Assembly (NCBI RefSeq): GCF_006345805.1
Contig: NC_043009.1
Span: 47,616,001 to 47,680,000 of the forward strand
Source of the DNA: Octopus sinensis
Lineage: Eukaryota
Direction of reading: 5' to 3'
DNA: 64,000 bases
How positions within the stretch are numbered: the stretch's first letter is position 1; every line of letters begins with the position of its first letter. The notes under the pieces were generated by a model, which saw nothing but the letters and a program-made list of their open reading frames with translations, had not been told where the DNA came from and ran no database searches. A program made the position numbers and the translations under genes. This document shows, piece by piece, positions 1 through 12,888 of the stretch.

Positions 1-302
1 TCTTTTTTGTGGATTTCTATATAAAATAATAATGTTGACATTTAATGTTTGTCTTTCCAATAGCAGTTCATGTACTGCATTATAATGAGTTGCAACGGCT
101 CTGTGTCATAAATGCATAGTCATCCAATAAGAAAATGTCATGCCTCTGAGTTCACTGTAAAAATCTGTCCCAATTTTCACGTTTATATCAAAATTTGTAC
201 ATTACATTGGTTGTGTGAAGTACATCATGTGGTTTGTTCTTTTATTTCTTAGTGTTAATGAAGTATTATTCTTGCAGTAATGTATTGTATTCTATAAAGT
301 AG

Positions 303-705
303 TGAGCTGACAGAAACGTAAGCATGCCGGGTGAAATGCTGAGCGGTATTTCATCTGCTGCTACGTTCTGAGTTCAAATTCCGCTGAGGTCGACTTTGCC
401 TTTCATCTTTTCGGGGTCGATTAAATAAGTACCAGTTATGCACTGGGGTCGATATAATTGACTTAATCCATTTGTCTGTCCTCGTTTATCCTCTCTGTGT
501 TTAGCCCCTTGTGGGTAGTAAAGAAATAGGTATTTCATCTATCTTTATATTCTGAGTTCAAATTCTGCCAAGGTTGGCTTTGCCTTTCATGCTTTTGGGG
601 TCGATAAATTAAGTACCAGTTGCATACTGGGGTCAATCTAATTGACTGGCCTCCTCCCCCAAAATTTCAGGTCTTGTGCCTAGAGTAAAATAGAATGTAT
701 TATAT
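303..705 (+). mobile_element. Two tandem tRNA-headed SINE family B copies (first with Tx1-like tail, second 5'-truncated with alternative tail)
   Basis: Head gagctg(g/a)cagaaacg; core gaggtcgactttgcctttcatc..ttcggggtcgat..aagtacc; tails gtttagccccttgtgggtagtaaagaaatag and tcttgtgcctagagtaaaa. Confidence 0.85.
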
Positions 706-1436
706 TCTATTTAAGAGTTTGTGCACAGGAATGGTTAAAATAGTGTTCTGTTTTATGAAACTTTTTAAAAGACTTAGTTATACATTTTGCAACCAGAGTG
801 TTATTTTAATCTATAAGCACAAAATATTTGTGGCTGGTATATTTTTAGTGGTTGCTGCATAAGTTATATCAATAGAAGTTGAATTTGTTCTTGTATTATT
901 CTCTATCTGATATCAAATCCCTTCAGAGATGAGCTTTTAAATTTTCATCTGCTCAATAAGCTATTGATAACGAAATCCCATGCATGAAACAAACATTAGT
1001 TAATAATGGGTATCCTGATAGATTAACAGATTAGGCCATAGCATCAACATTGCCATTTTCTCTTCAGCATAAATAATCATTAATAGTATTCTAAGGACTA
1101 ATGTACTTGGTCATAAAACTTATCTTCAAAATTGGCCTTGTGCACAGTAAAAAAAAAAAATCAATATTTTTTTTCTTATAAAGGCACTTTCTTTAATTAA
1201 ATCATTTTGACATGATTTTTAAATCAATATCTCATGTCTAATATTTCAGTAGTAGAAGGTGATATAAGTAGCATTTTTCTATTGAGATAAATGTAAAATA
1301 TGTTTCTCATTAAAATCCTCTTAGTTCGATGTCTTTTTTTTTTTTTCTTTTCTCACAACCTATTTTAAAGAAGTGGTTGAAATGTGTGTGGCTCTCTAAA
1401 GCTAATCTGTAACCTGGTTTAACACCGCCACCTTAC

Positions 1437-1560
1437 CCTTTGGTGCATTTAGCGGAGTAAGAATTTGGGCCAGATCTCCATTCCAAGTATAGCTTTCTCC
1501 CTTCCGCTTAACATTGAAGTCTTTGAAAAAGGGGCAGAGGAGCTGTCCTTTCCTTGCTGA
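1437..1560 (-). CDS. Candidate internal exon of unidentified minus-strand host gene (SARKGQLLCPFFKDFNVKRKGESYTWNGDLAQILTPLNAPK)
   Basis: Acceptor attatttttatatcacatag, donor AAGG/gtaagg; 124 nt open in phase 0-1; GC-richer than flanks; not a repeat I recognise. Confidence 0.55.
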
Positions 1561-1639
1561 CTATGTGATATAAAAATAATTAAAAAATTTATTTTTTTTT
1601 AATGAAAATAGATGTCAGATGGAGATCTTTATCCTCTAT

Positions 1640-1930
1640 CTTTTACTTGTTTCAGTCACTGGATTGCAGCCAAGCTGGAGCACCACACTCAAAGGTTTAG
1701 TTGAACAAATTGAAACCGGTACTTAATTTTTCTTTTTTTAAAGTCTGGTGCTTATTTTCATCAATCTCTTTTGCCAAATGCTAGGTTATCGGGACATAAA
1801 CAAACCAGCACTGGTTGTCAAGTTGTGGGACACAGACACATGCACACAATAGTTTTCTTTAAATTTCCATCAACCAAATCCACTCACAAGGCTTTGGTCA
1901 ACTCAAAACTATAGGAGACGACACTTAAGA
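1640..1930 (-). mobile_element. Degenerate CORE-type SINE family A
   Basis: Similar to reverse complement of family A body and tail (gtttcagtca..gctggagcacc, caaatccactcacaaggctttggtc). Confidence 0.75.
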
Positions 1931-2659
1931 ACCGTTCTTTATTTTTCATGTTTTTTTTTTTTTTCCAAACACTCATAATGTTTTCCAGAAATTTATAAAA
2001 TAATACAAAAATAACTATGTATCAATGATATAAGCACTACTAAAAGAATAGTTGCAAATTCATAGGTAAATTCCAAGTCAGAGGTTAAAATGAAACAAAT
2101 TGAAGAGAGAGAATGAAATATGTTAGCTCTGTCTTTCTTCCTCTCTGAAATTAGTTTTCTGCCCATGTTTTTCCTGCAGTCATCAACTTACAGTTTTATA
2201 AAAGTAAAATTAATCATGATTGATTTTATTGATCTCTGATGATCTGTGAGCTTTATGGGTACAACCTTTTCCCTCCAAACCAAAACCAATATAAAACAAA
2301 ATATGTAATAGTTGTAACTATTGTGAATCAAATGAAGGAAATTAGTAAATGAGAAAGAGATAGGTAAATATTTGGAGTAAGGTAAGCAGTAAATAAAAAA
2401 AAAAAAATGCTAACGGCATTTAAAAAAAATTGGTGCATCAATGTTGAAATAGTACAAAATAATAATAATAGTATTGTAGTCACATCTGACACAGCATCCA
2501 AAATAGAATCACTGAGTCTTCTGGGAAGAATGAAGTTAGTGAAAGTATAAGTTCATTGTAACAAACTGTTATTCTCACTAAAACTGATAACAATGACCAT
2601 TATTTTCTCTCTCTTGTCTATTCATGTGTTATGCGTCTAAGCAGTTCCACCATTCTCCA

Positions 2660-3240
2660 TATAGAAACACTCCTCCTTACCTGCTCCAAAGTAGGCCAAG
2701 GTCGTTTCATCTGCAGGAAGATGATTGCCTCAGTTTTTTTGGGGATGCAACAGGTATTGTGTTTATTGACTACATTCAAAAGGGCCACATCATCAATGGA
2801 CAGTACTATGCTAACTTGTGAAGGTAGTTACAAAAAGCTATAAGGATCAAACACTTAGGAAAACTGACAAAAACATTTTGTTTCATCAGGACAATGCTCC
2901 AACATACAAGTGCTTGCTTTCAATGGCTGCTGTGCGTGACTGTGGCTTTGAATAGCTTGATCACCTTCCCTATTCTTCGGATTTGGTCCTATCTAACTAC
3001 CACCTCTTTCTCCGACATGAAAAAACACTAAGCTGGGAACCAGTATCATATTGATGATGGTATCATATCTGCTGTTGGTGACATTTTCGACCAACAGGAT
3101 GAAAACTTTATCTATGAGATCCAAATACTGCAACACTGATGAAAGAAATGTGTGAACTATATAGGGGACTATGTTGAACAATAAATCTTATTTGGTCACA
3201 TTCTATGAGAGTATCTTGAACTTTTCAGTTGACCCTTGTA
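2660..3240 (+). mobile_element. Mariner transposon 3' half, pseudogenised DD34D transposase
   Basis: Frameshifted GIVFIDYIQKGHIINGQYYANL, FHQDNAP, HxPYSxDL-like motifs; right TIR-like gaacttttcagttgaccctt then TA at 3239-3240. Confidence 0.9.
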
Positions 3241-3294
3241 ATATAAAAGAGTGAATAAATTTTGATCAAAGTAAAAATGTTGTAGAATATATAG

Positions 3295-3710
3295 GTGCAG
3301 GCATAACTGAGTGGTAAGAAGCTTCCTTGCAAACCATATGATCTTGGGTTCAGTCCCGCTATGTGGTACCTCAGGCAAGTGTCTTCCACTGCAATCTCAG
3401 GCTAAACAAAGCCATGTGAGTGGATTTTGTGAGCAGAAACTGAAAGAAGCTCATTATATGTGTGTGTGGGTTTGTGTGTTTGTGCATGTACATGTGTATG
3501 TGTGTGTGTGTGGTTTTGTGTTTGTGTTTGTCCTCACCCACTGCCTAATAACCAGTGTTGGTTTGTTTATGTCTCTATAACTTAACAATCAGCAAAAACA
3601 AAAACAGGCCAAAAAATAAGATCTGGGATTGATTTGTTCAATCAAACCCTTGAAGGTGGTGCCCCAGTATGGCCACAATCTAATGAGTGAAACAAATAAA
3701 AGATAAATGA
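3295..3710 (+). mobile_element. SINE family A
   Basis: A/B-box head (gagtggtaag..ggttcagtccc), CORE-like acctcaggcaagtgtctt, internal (TG)n, tail gactgaaacaa-like. Confidence 0.85.
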
Positions 3711-3734
3711 TAAAGAAACTGATAATGGATGGAT

Positions 3735-4175
3735 GATGACTGTTCCATAAAAAACAAATGCTAATTTCTCAATGTAGATGGAACATCATATGGAAGTGGA
3801 AAACCCAGGAAGACCTGAGATGAAGTACTGAAGAACGACCTCAAGATGTCGAACCTTTTAGGCAAGATGACAAGGACTAAGATGCCTGGTGCTTTACTGC
3901 ACTCAAGAAGACCTGTACTTCACAGAAGTGTTCTGATTTGTTCTTGTGGCAGTGTAAAGCACTCATGGTGGTGTAGTGCCTGTGTATTGCCACATAAAAG
4001 CACCTGTGTGGTTACATGTAAAAGCATCCAGCCGTAGAAACCATGCCAAATCAGACTGGAGTCTGGTGCAGCTTCCCAGCTTGCCAGCTCTAGTCAAACT
4101 GTCCAACCCATGTTGGACAATGGATGTTAAATGATAATGATAATGATGATGATGATGATGATGATGATTACAGCG
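3735..4175 (+). mobile_element. RTE-clade LINE 3' coding fragment plus RTE-tailed repeat ending in (GAT)n
   Basis: Degenerate KPRKT*DEVLKNDLKM resembles RTE ORF2 C-terminus; ccaacccatg..gatgttaaatgat(gat)n tail. Confidence 0.7.
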
Positions 4176-4344
4176 TGCACATAAAAACAAGGAGTAGGTA
4201 TAATGAGTTGAGTGCCAGGTGAGTAATATTAATCAAGGGAAGGTTCCAATTAAGAAAAGAATATTTTTTTGCTCACTGTTAACGCAATGAACTATTCATA
4301 TCCTATTTGTTTACTGTAATTCTGACAAATTACCCACCATCTCC

Positions 4345-4580
4345 AAATGTCTTTCAGATATAATATTGGTTTCAGATTTTGGCACAAGGCCAGCAATTTC
4401 AAGGGAGGGAGTAAGTCAGTTACATTGATCCCAATACTCAACTGGTACTTTATTTTATCAACCCTGAAAAGATGAAAGACAAAGTCCACCTCAGCAGAAT
4501 TTGAACTCAGAATGTCAAATTGGAAGAAATGCCGAGAAGCATTTTTCTCAACACACTAACAATTCTGCCAGCTCACTGCT
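4345..4580 (-). mobile_element. SINE family B
   Basis: Reverse-complement match to family B head and core. Confidence 0.8.
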
Positions 4581-4854
4581 CTCTCTCTCTCTCTCTTTCA
4601 ACCTTATTGCACCTTATTTAAATATTTTATTTCTCAAAAAAATTACAAGTCTCCTAGACATGCAACCTTTGACCTCCCATTATGCCTACTTGACATTTGT
4701 TCTTTCTTTTATGAGCTCACAATGGACTCAAGAGAGAACAAACATCCAGTTTAAGAATCAGTGGGTTAGATGACATGTAAAAGTTTTACTTTGCACTGAT
4801 TGGGAAATAATGCAATAAGGAAGGAGAAATCTTTAATTCTTCATTGATCTCATT

Positions 4855-5255
4855 TCTTAACTGGTAAAGTCCATGCCAGCACCACATAAAACAGCATCTG
4901 TGCTGGTGCCACATAAAAGTGCAGCCGTGTAAAAGAACACCCATGCTGGCACCACATAAAAGAGCATTGGTGCCAACACCATGTAAAGAGCATCAGTGCT
5001 GGCAGCATATAGAAAGCACCCATAGAAAGTGGTTGGGATTGGGAAAGGCATCCAGCCAAAGAAACCATGCCAAAGCTGGAGCCTAGTGATACCAGTCATG
5101 CCAAGACTGCCAGTTATGCCAGTCATGCCAGGTGACTGCTAGTGACTGCCAGTCATGCCAAGACTGGAGCCTAGTGCAGCTCTCAGGTTTGTGAGCTCCT
5201 GTTCAACCATCCAACCCATGCAAGTATGGAAAATGATGATGAAGATGAGGATAAT
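4855..5255 (+). mobile_element. RTE-tailed interspersed repeat with internal gccacataaaa and ccagtcatg tandem duplications
   Basis: ggcatccagcc..aaaccatgccaa..ccaacccatgcaagtatggaaaatgatgat. Confidence 0.75.
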
Positions 5256-5459
5256 AAGCATAAGAATGGCTGACATCTTCAAAACTGAAATTAATTATTG
5301 CTGTTGAGAAACGTGTATGTAATACCATTTACATCAGTGAAAGATGCATAAAGGTGAAGTCGCTATATGGTTGCTTGACCTATAAGTAATAACTGCCAAA
5401 TTTCCTTTAACCTTTAACCATGTTTCTGTTGAAGTACAGTTTTTTAATCAGTTAAATGG

Positions 5460-5752
5460 GTTAACAGACACTCTGTCGGTTACAATGATGGGGGTTCCAA
5501 CCGATTCAATTAACAGAACAGCCTGCGCATGAAATTAATGTGCAAGTGGCTGAGCACTCCACAAATGCACATACTCTTAACATAGTTCTCAGGGAGATTC
5601 AGAGGGACACAGAATATAAGGCTGACCCTTTGAAATACAGGTACTTTTCATTTTTATCAGCTGAGTGGAGTGGCCCATCATGAAATAAAGGACACAACAT
5701 ACTGCCGAGAATCTTATGATCATGAGACGAATACATGAACCAATAAGCTATG
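5460..5752 (-). mobile_element. SINE family C (tRNA head; tail containing gtggagtgctcagccacttgcac)
   Basis: Reverse complement of the 12889-13165 copy; tcagttaa on both flanks is a likely TSD. Confidence 0.8.
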
Positions 5753-5871
5753 GACTTTCAGTTAATTTTGAAAATGTTGAAGAATATAGTAAAATAACTT
5801 TTCTCTTACTATGCTGATATTTAGAACAAAAAACGGTATGGAATTTTAATAGGATGTTTTTAAATTACATA

Positions 5872-6980
5872 ACTTTAAAATAGGAAGAACCAAAGGCAGT
5901 TTTATAATATATAGGTAACTTTAAAACATGAAGACCCAAAGGCAGTTTTATAGATAGATGACTTTAAAACAGGAAAAACCAAAAGTAGTTTCATATATGG
6001 ACCACTTTAAAACAGGAAGAACCAAAGGCAATTTTAAATATAGATGACTTTAAAACAGGAGGAACCAAAAGTAGTTTTATATATAGAAGACTTTAAAACA
6101 GGAAGAACCAAAGGCAGTTTTATAGATAGATGACTTTAAAACAGGAAAAATCAAAAGTAGTTTCATATATAGACCACTTTAAAACAGGAAGAACCAAAGG
6201 CAATTTTAAATATAGATGACTTTAAGACAGGAGGAACCAAAAGTAGTTTTATATATAGACCACTTTAAAACAGGAAGAACCAAAAGTAGTTTTATATATA
6301 GATGACTTTAAAACAGGAAGAACCATAGGCAGTTTTATATATAAAAAACTTTAAAACAGCAAGAACCATAGGCAGTTTTATATATAGATGATTTTAAAAC
6401 AGGAAAAACCAAAAGTAGTTTTATATATAGACAACTTTAAAACAGGAAGAACCATAGGCAGTTTTATATATAGATGATTTTAAAACAGGAAAAACCAAAA
6501 GTAGTTTTATATATAGGCAACTTTAAAACAGGAAGAACCTAAAGTAGTTTTATATATAGATGACTTTAAAACAGGAAGAACCATAGGCAGTTTTATATAT
6601 AGATGACTTTAAAATAGGAAGAACCAAAGGCAGTTTTATATATAGAAAACTTTAAAACAGGAAGAACCAAAAATAGTTTTATATATAGCTGACTTTAAAA
6701 CAGGAAGAACCATAGGCAGTTTTGTATATAGACGACTTCAAAATAGGAATGCCAAAAGTAGTTTTATACATAGATGACTTCAAAATAGGAAAGCCAAAAG
6801 TAGTTTTATATAAAGATGACTTTAAAACAGGAAGGACCAAAGGCAGTTTTGTATATAGATGACTTCAAAATAGGAAAGCCAAAAGTAGTTTTATACATAG
6901 ATGACTTCAAAATAGGAAAGCCAAAAGTAGTTTTATATATATAGATGACTTTAAAACAGGAAGGACCAAAGGCAGTTTTA
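5872..6980. repeat. 43-bp minisatellite, about 26 copies (ctttaaaacaggaagaaccaaaggcagttttatatatagatga)
   Basis: Unit read directly; 42-bp variants toward the 3' end. Confidence 0.95.
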
Positions 6981-7254
6981 GGCAAGTCAATACCAAAAAA
7001 GGGTAAAACTATGCCTTGTTACTTTAAAAAGAGAACACAAAATTGGTGCTCCAGTACAGCTGCAGCTCTTGAGCCGAAACTAGAAGAGAACATGTTCTAA
7101 AAATAAGTTGAGATAGTCATGGCTGGGTTGCCTTTGATCATATGATTGTTCAGTCTAGGTTGACTTCGAGCTTAGCAACAACAACAAAATGAAAACAGCA
7201 ACCAAAAAGACGAGAGGAGCTCATATTTAATATATCTTAAAAGAGTGTTCAGTT

Positions 7255-7520
7255 CCTAGTGACATGTTGTGTCCCGGAGCAAAACATTTTATTTCACATT
7301 GCTCCAGTTCACTCAGCTGGCAAAAATGAGTAGTTCCTTTATTTCAAAGGGCCAGCCTTGTCAATCTCTGCATCACGCTGAATTTCCCTGAAAAACTATG
7401 TGAAGGGTTATTCATGTCAGTGGAATGATTAGCCACTCACATGTCAATTTCATGAGCAGGCTGTCTTGTTGATTGGATGAACTGGAACCCTTGGTATCGT
7501 AACTGATGCCATGCAAGAAG
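7255..7520 (+). mobile_element. SINE family C, degenerate
   Basis: cactcagctggcaaaaatgagtag..atttcatgagcaggctg..actggaacc. Confidence 0.75.
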
Positions 7521-7622
7521 ATGAGAAGAAGTAAGAGAAGAAAGAAGAGGAAGAAAAAGAAGAAGAAGAAGAAGAAGAAGAAGAAGAAGAAGAAGAAGAA
7601 GAAGAAGAAGAAGAAGAAGAAT
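7520..7622. repeat. (GAA)n microsatellite
   Basis: Direct reading. Confidence 0.95.
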
Positions 7623-7659
7623 GGCTAGCTGGTAGAATCATTCTTTTGGGGTTAATAAA

Positions 7660-7945
7660 ATAAGTACCAATTGAGCACTGGGTTTGATGTAATCAGCTTA
7701 GCCCCTCCCATGAAATTTGAAACTAGTGTATCTTAAAAGTAAGGGCAGTGGGCTGGCAGAATCACTAGCATGCTGGAAAGAATGCTAAGTGGCCTTTCCT
7801 CCGAGTTTATGGTCTGGGTCAATATTCTGCTGAGGTCAACTTTTCCTTTCATCCTTTCAGGGTTGATAAAATAAGTACTGGGGTTGATTTAATTGACTTA
7901 GCACCTCTCATGATATTGCTGGCCTTGTGCCAAAATTCGAAATCA
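7660..7945 (+). mobile_element. SINE family B partial plus full degenerate copy
   Basis: Family B core and ggccttgtgccaaaatt tail. Confidence 0.75.
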
Positions 7946-8003
7946 ATATATCTTAAAAAGTTAGCATAAATTAATTGCTTTCTGTTTTCATCGTTGATAT
8001 AAA

Positions 8004-8430
8004 CGTAGGAGTGGCTGTGTGGTAAGTAGCTTGCTTACGAACCACATGGTTCCGGGTTCAGTCCCACTGCGTGGCACCTTGGGCAAGTGTTTTCTACTAT
8101 AGCCTCGGGCCGACCAATGCCTTGTGAGTGGATTTGGTCGACGGAAACTGAAAGAAGCCCGTCGTATATATGTATATGTATGCATGTATGCATGTATGTA
8201 TGTGTGTGTATATGTTTGTGTGTCTGTGTTTGTCCCCCCCAACATCGCTTGACAACCGATGCTGGTGTGTTTGCATCCCCGTCACTTAGCAGTTTGGCAA
8301 AAGAGACCAATAGAATAAGTACTGTGCTTACAAAGAATAAGTCCCGGGGTCGATTTGCTCGACTAAAGGCGGTGCTCCAGCATGGCCGCAGTCAAATGAC
8401 TGAAACAAGTAAAAGAGAGAGAGAGTAAAG
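8004..8430 (+). mobile_element. Young full-length SINE family A
   Basis: A-box tggctgtgtgg, B-box ggttcagtccc, CORE-like ggcaccttgggcaagtg, internal (TA/TG)n, tail gactgaaacaagtaaaagag; CpGs retained. Confidence 0.92.
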
Positions 8431-9279
8431 AGAGTACGTCAAAAGTTAAAGAATTGAGATTTTCTGCCGACAATTTAGACCTCCAGGAATGGTATGTATG
8501 TCTTTGTGTGTGTTATATCAAGCGTACATTTTAGAACACCAACATATGCTCACACACGCATGCACAAGCACACATACACACACACAGAGCCTATTCAACA
8601 TGAAAAATTAATGACGTGATAGATAACAGCAAGACTCTTTGTGGTTCAGTCAAACTTTCATTTAATGAAACGAAAAGAAAAGCAATTCTGTCTCACAACA
8701 GATTTTTCAACTTAGATCAATAAAATTCTTTTTCGCCCACCTGAAAAATATAATTATCTTAATTATACTGTTCTTTCACCATATCAAATAATCTGGAGGT
8801 GAGGAGGGAGGGGGAGGGGAGAGAAAGATTCTAGACAGAAGAGATCATGCGATGCTGACCAGCAGAACTTCCTTCACTGGGACCATTAACCGAAACATGT
8901 TAACCTAATCTGGAGTAGAAAAGCTACCTTCAATATCCTTCCGATACGAGGTGCTTAAGTTTCATATTATGTAGAAAGAGAGAAATCACAACCAAAATAT
9001 TTGTTTACCTGTACCTTAACTGGACTTATAATGCGTGTATATGTGTGTGTGTGTGTGTGTGTGCATGTAGTATGTTTTAATTTGTAGTGCAAAACCATTA
9101 AGAGACCGTTTTAGGTAGCTAAAGTAAAAGAAGATAAAGAGTTAGTTAAAATGTGTAATGGGTAGAAATAATTGCTGGTGAATCTCAAGTCCTTAATCTG
9201 GTTACATATTACATATTTTGTAGAATTATTCCGAACAAAAAAAAAATTTTTTTTTAAAACAGAGGAGTAATAATAATGA

Positions 9280-9490
9280 TGGGGAGGGGAAAAAAGGAAG
9301 AAGGGGAGGAGGAGGAAGGGGATGAGGATGATGATGATGAGGAGAAGAAGAAGAAGAAGAAGAAGAATAATAAGAAGAAGAAGGAGGAGGAGGAGGAGGA
9401 GGAGGAGAAGAAGAAGAAGAAGAAGAAGAAGAAGAAAAAGAAGAAGAAGAAGAAGAAGAAGAAGAAGAAGAAGAGAAGAAGAAGAAGCGG
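9280..9490. repeat. Compound GAG/GAT/GAA microsatellite
   Basis: Direct reading. Confidence 0.95.
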
Positions 9491-9919
9491 TTCTGTTTTT
9501 AGCACTGACCAGATCTTTGGACTCAGAAATAACTGAGAATAAAGCAATGAATAGTAAAGAGCCTTGATTTTCAACTTCATTGATTTTTTCCAGAAATTCA
9601 TTGATGAGAATAAGAATAGAATTTTCTGGATTATTAACTTACGTGGCCTATTGTATAAGACTATTAGTTTAGAAATAGCAGCTCTTAGTCTGAATCTAGT
9701 TTTAAACTATATATATATATACACACATACGCACAGACATATATATACTCTCATACTTAGGAATAACGCATTGGCTGAGAACTGGAAAATATATATATGA
9801 TCATTTTGGTCTGCTAGAAATAGAAGTCAAGTTACCATTAAGTCATAGTTTTAAATTTGAAAATGAGGATATGTGAGACTACATGAGATGCATAATATAT
9901 TGGGGATAAAAACATGGGT

Positions 9920-10300
9920 TCAGAAATTCACTTTCCAGCCACAAGGTTCCTGGTTCAATCTCACTGTGTGGCACCATAGGCAAGTGTCTTCTGCAATAGT
10001 CCAGGGCTGACAATGTCTTGTGAGTGAATTTGGTAGACGGAAACTGTGCAGCAGCTCTTCATATTTACATGTGTGCAGGTATATATGCATTTCTTTTTAC
10101 CCCACTGGTTAGGCAACCAGGTCAACATTCTTCCTGATCAGAAGAATATTCTGTTGCAGGGTTATCTATGTATAGCTGAGTGAACTGGAGCAACATAAAA
10201 TGAAGTGTCTTGCTCAAGAACACAACATGTAGTCCAGGAATTGAACCCATGGTCAAGCAATCATGAGTGCAACACCCTAACCATTAGACTATGTACCTTC
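9920..10300. mobile_element. SINE A 5' part (+) joined to SINE C head (-)
   Basis: gttcaatctcactgtgtggcacc..ggcaagtg (+); gtcttgctcaagaacacaac..gaattgaaccc (-). Confidence 0.7.
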
Positions 10301-10894
10301 ACATGAATTTAATGGTTAAAAAAAAACAGACAAAAATCATTTCAAAAATACAAAATTCATGTTGAAATGATCATAAATGACTTATGTAAAACTGTTTAAG
10401 TAAAATCACATGGTCACTAAGTACCCCAATTTATATTGGCATTTTGGTTTAAATATAAGTAAAAATTCAGATGGTTTAAGGTGTTTTAGTAAGAAAAGGG
10501 TTTAAGATGACAAGCTATTATAGAGCCAATTATTAATGCCATTAAAAGGAACCATGGCATTATCTTGGACATGCGCCAAAGATGAATGATTGTAGAATTG
10601 TCCTTCAAGACACCATCATAATAACAAAGGTGTGGAAATGAATCAAGGTCCTGGTAACTATGACATAAATGAAAATACAAAGGATCAGGCAGTATGAAGT
10701 CATTTGTTTTCTGCCCTTATGTATCTGCAAATACGGTAAGGGATTAGTTATATAGAAAAGCTATCTGAGATTCCAAAACTATAAAATAAATCGGTTGTTC
10801 AGTTTTTCATTACAAGATCTATATAATTGAATTAAGCAATTTTTAAGTTCATCACATAAAGTATTTCAACACCCATATAACAAGTGATAGTCAT

Positions 10895-11100
10895 CATCAT
10901 TATCTTCATTATCACTTAACGTCTGTTTTCCATGCTGTCATGGGTTGGATGCTTTAACAGGAGCTGGCAAGCTGAAGGGCTGCACCAGGTCCCAGTCATC
11001 TGTTTTGGTATGGTTTCTGTGGCTGGGTGCTCTTCCTAATGTCAGCCACTTTACAGAGTGTACTGAATGCTCTTTATGTGGCACCAGCACTGTCACTGAC
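10895..11100 (-). mobile_element. RTE-tailed repeat
   Basis: catcat..ttaacgtctgttttccatgctg..gggttgga..gctggg..cttcctaatg. Confidence 0.8.
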
Positions 11101-11122
11101 ATGGGTGCTCATTACGTAGTGT

Positions 11123-11590
11123 CAGTGAGCTGGCAGAATCATTAGCATGCCAGGCAAAATGCTTAGCAGTATTTCGTTCTGAGTTCAAATTTTGCCAAGG
11201 TTGACTTTGCCTTTTATCCTTTCGGGGTCGATTAAATAAGTACCTATTTCTTTACTACCCACAAGGGTCTAAACACAGAGAGGACAAACAAGGACAGACA
11301 AATGGATTAAGTCAATTATATCGACCCCAGTGCGTAACTGGTACTTATTTAATCGACCCCGAAAGGATGAAAGGCAAAGTCGACCTCGGCGGAATTTGAA
11401 CTCAGAACGTAGTGGCAGACGAAATACGGCTACGCATTTCGCCCGGCGTGCTAACATTTCTGCCAGCTCACCGCCTTAAATAAATACCAGTTACACACTG
11501 GGGTTGATGTAATTGACTTAATCCCTTTGTCTGTCCTTGTTTGTCCCCTCAATTTTTAGCACCCTGTAGGCAATAAACAAATAATTATGT
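11123..11590. mobile_element. SINE B (+) interrupted by a younger inverted SINE B (-; 11245-11477)
   Basis: TSD aaataagtacc (11234-11244) / aaataaatacc (11478-11488); outer copy resumes after the insert. Confidence 0.88.
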
Positions 11591-11824
11591 AGTGTCTGCA
11601 CAGTTGCTTTTTATGTGATGTTGGCACTGATACATTTTACATAGTGCTCGTATGGGTGCTCTTTTACGAGGTGCCAACATGGGTGCTTGTTATGCGGCAC
11701 CAGTATACCAAATGGCCTGTGATACAAAAGATGTCTCAGCTGAGAGAGGGAGAGGAACTGAGAAATGTGGTCACAATTCCTCACCCTCTCTATTTTGTCT
11801 ATTTTGGAAATATAAACTAAAGTT

Positions 11825-11940
11825 ATGTAACCGCGTGGTACCTTGGGCAAGTGTCTTTTACTATAGCCTCGGGCCGACCAAAGCCATGTGAGTGGATTTG
11901 GTAGACGGAAACTGAAAGAAGCCCGTCATATATATATACA

Positions 11941-12009
<69 letters not shown>

Positions 12010-12225
12010 GTGTGTATATGTTTGTTTGTCTGTATTTGTCTCCCCAATATTGCTTGACAGCCAATGCCGGTGTGTTTACGTCCCCGTAACTTAGCGGTTC
12101 AGCAAAAGAGAATGATAAAATAAGTACTAGGCTTACAAAGAATAAGTCCTGGGGTCGATTTGCTTGACTAAAGGCGGTGCTCCGGCATGGCCACAGTCAA
12201 ATGACTGAAACAGGTAAAAGAGTAA
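11825..12225 (+). mobile_element. 5'-truncated SINE A with long (TA)n
   Basis: gtggtaccttgggcaagtg through gactgaaacaggtaaaagag. Confidence 0.88.
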
Positions 12226-12888
12226 CTAAGTAGAACAAAAGTTGCTAACATATATTCTAAAATGTGTCTACTTTTGTTTCATGCAGACAAATTTAATGCC
12301 ATGTTGTTCCACTTATATTTATTAAGTGTAGATTAGGGGCAACAGACACTCATGTAAACTAAACTACATTTGTTGGACACACATACACACAAAATCCTAT
12401 AGGTTGGGTAACAGCAGAACAATTTCCTATATACAAAAGTTCTCTGAAGAGTAAACATATTTTCAATCATACCATGTGATGAAATATCAAACCAGATGTG
12501 AAGAGACTAAATTGCTCAGCTATCTGATAAATGCATCTGAAAGCAAATATTCTTTGGTTTTTTAGTTCCAAAGGAAACACTTGCACTGCTTCAAGAACAC
12601 AGACAAAAAAACAAAAAAAATATTAAATCCAAGAACGTGACCAAAGGTTTCCATAAAATACTTGAAATCAATAGCACAGTATTAGAACAGATATGAAAAA
12701 ATTGGAAATCCGAGAAAACTGGAGGCAGTTCATATCAGCCAAAGTAATCCCTTAAATAAAAGAATCCAATGTTTCCAGTATTTGCTTTTATTTTGTTAGA
12801 GAGAGAATACACAAACATGTGTGTGCTTGTGTGTGTGTGTAGATATATGTGTGTTCGTGAGTGTGTGTGTGTGTGTGTGCGCATATGA

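Larger units (their letters stand above)
5411..7003. mobile_element. TTAA-type (piggyBac-like) MITE expanded by an internal SINE and a minisatellite
   Basis: ttaa-ccttt left end, aaaggg-taaa right end; 5755-5870 aligns by eye to the intact MITE at 17582-17803. Confidence 0.6.

Noticed and set aside
5872-6980. CRISPR-like regular repeat
   Set aside because: No unique spacers, no cas genes, eukaryotic context; it is a minisatellite
8004-8080. tRNA-like A/B boxes in SINE heads
   Set aside because: SINE heads followed by CORE-like bodies; no complete cloverleaf, so not tRNA genes
8433-8490. STSKVKELRFSADNLDLQEW, PH-domain-like, with gtatgt donor
   Set aside because: No acceptor; directly abuts a SINE tail; opposite strand is also open
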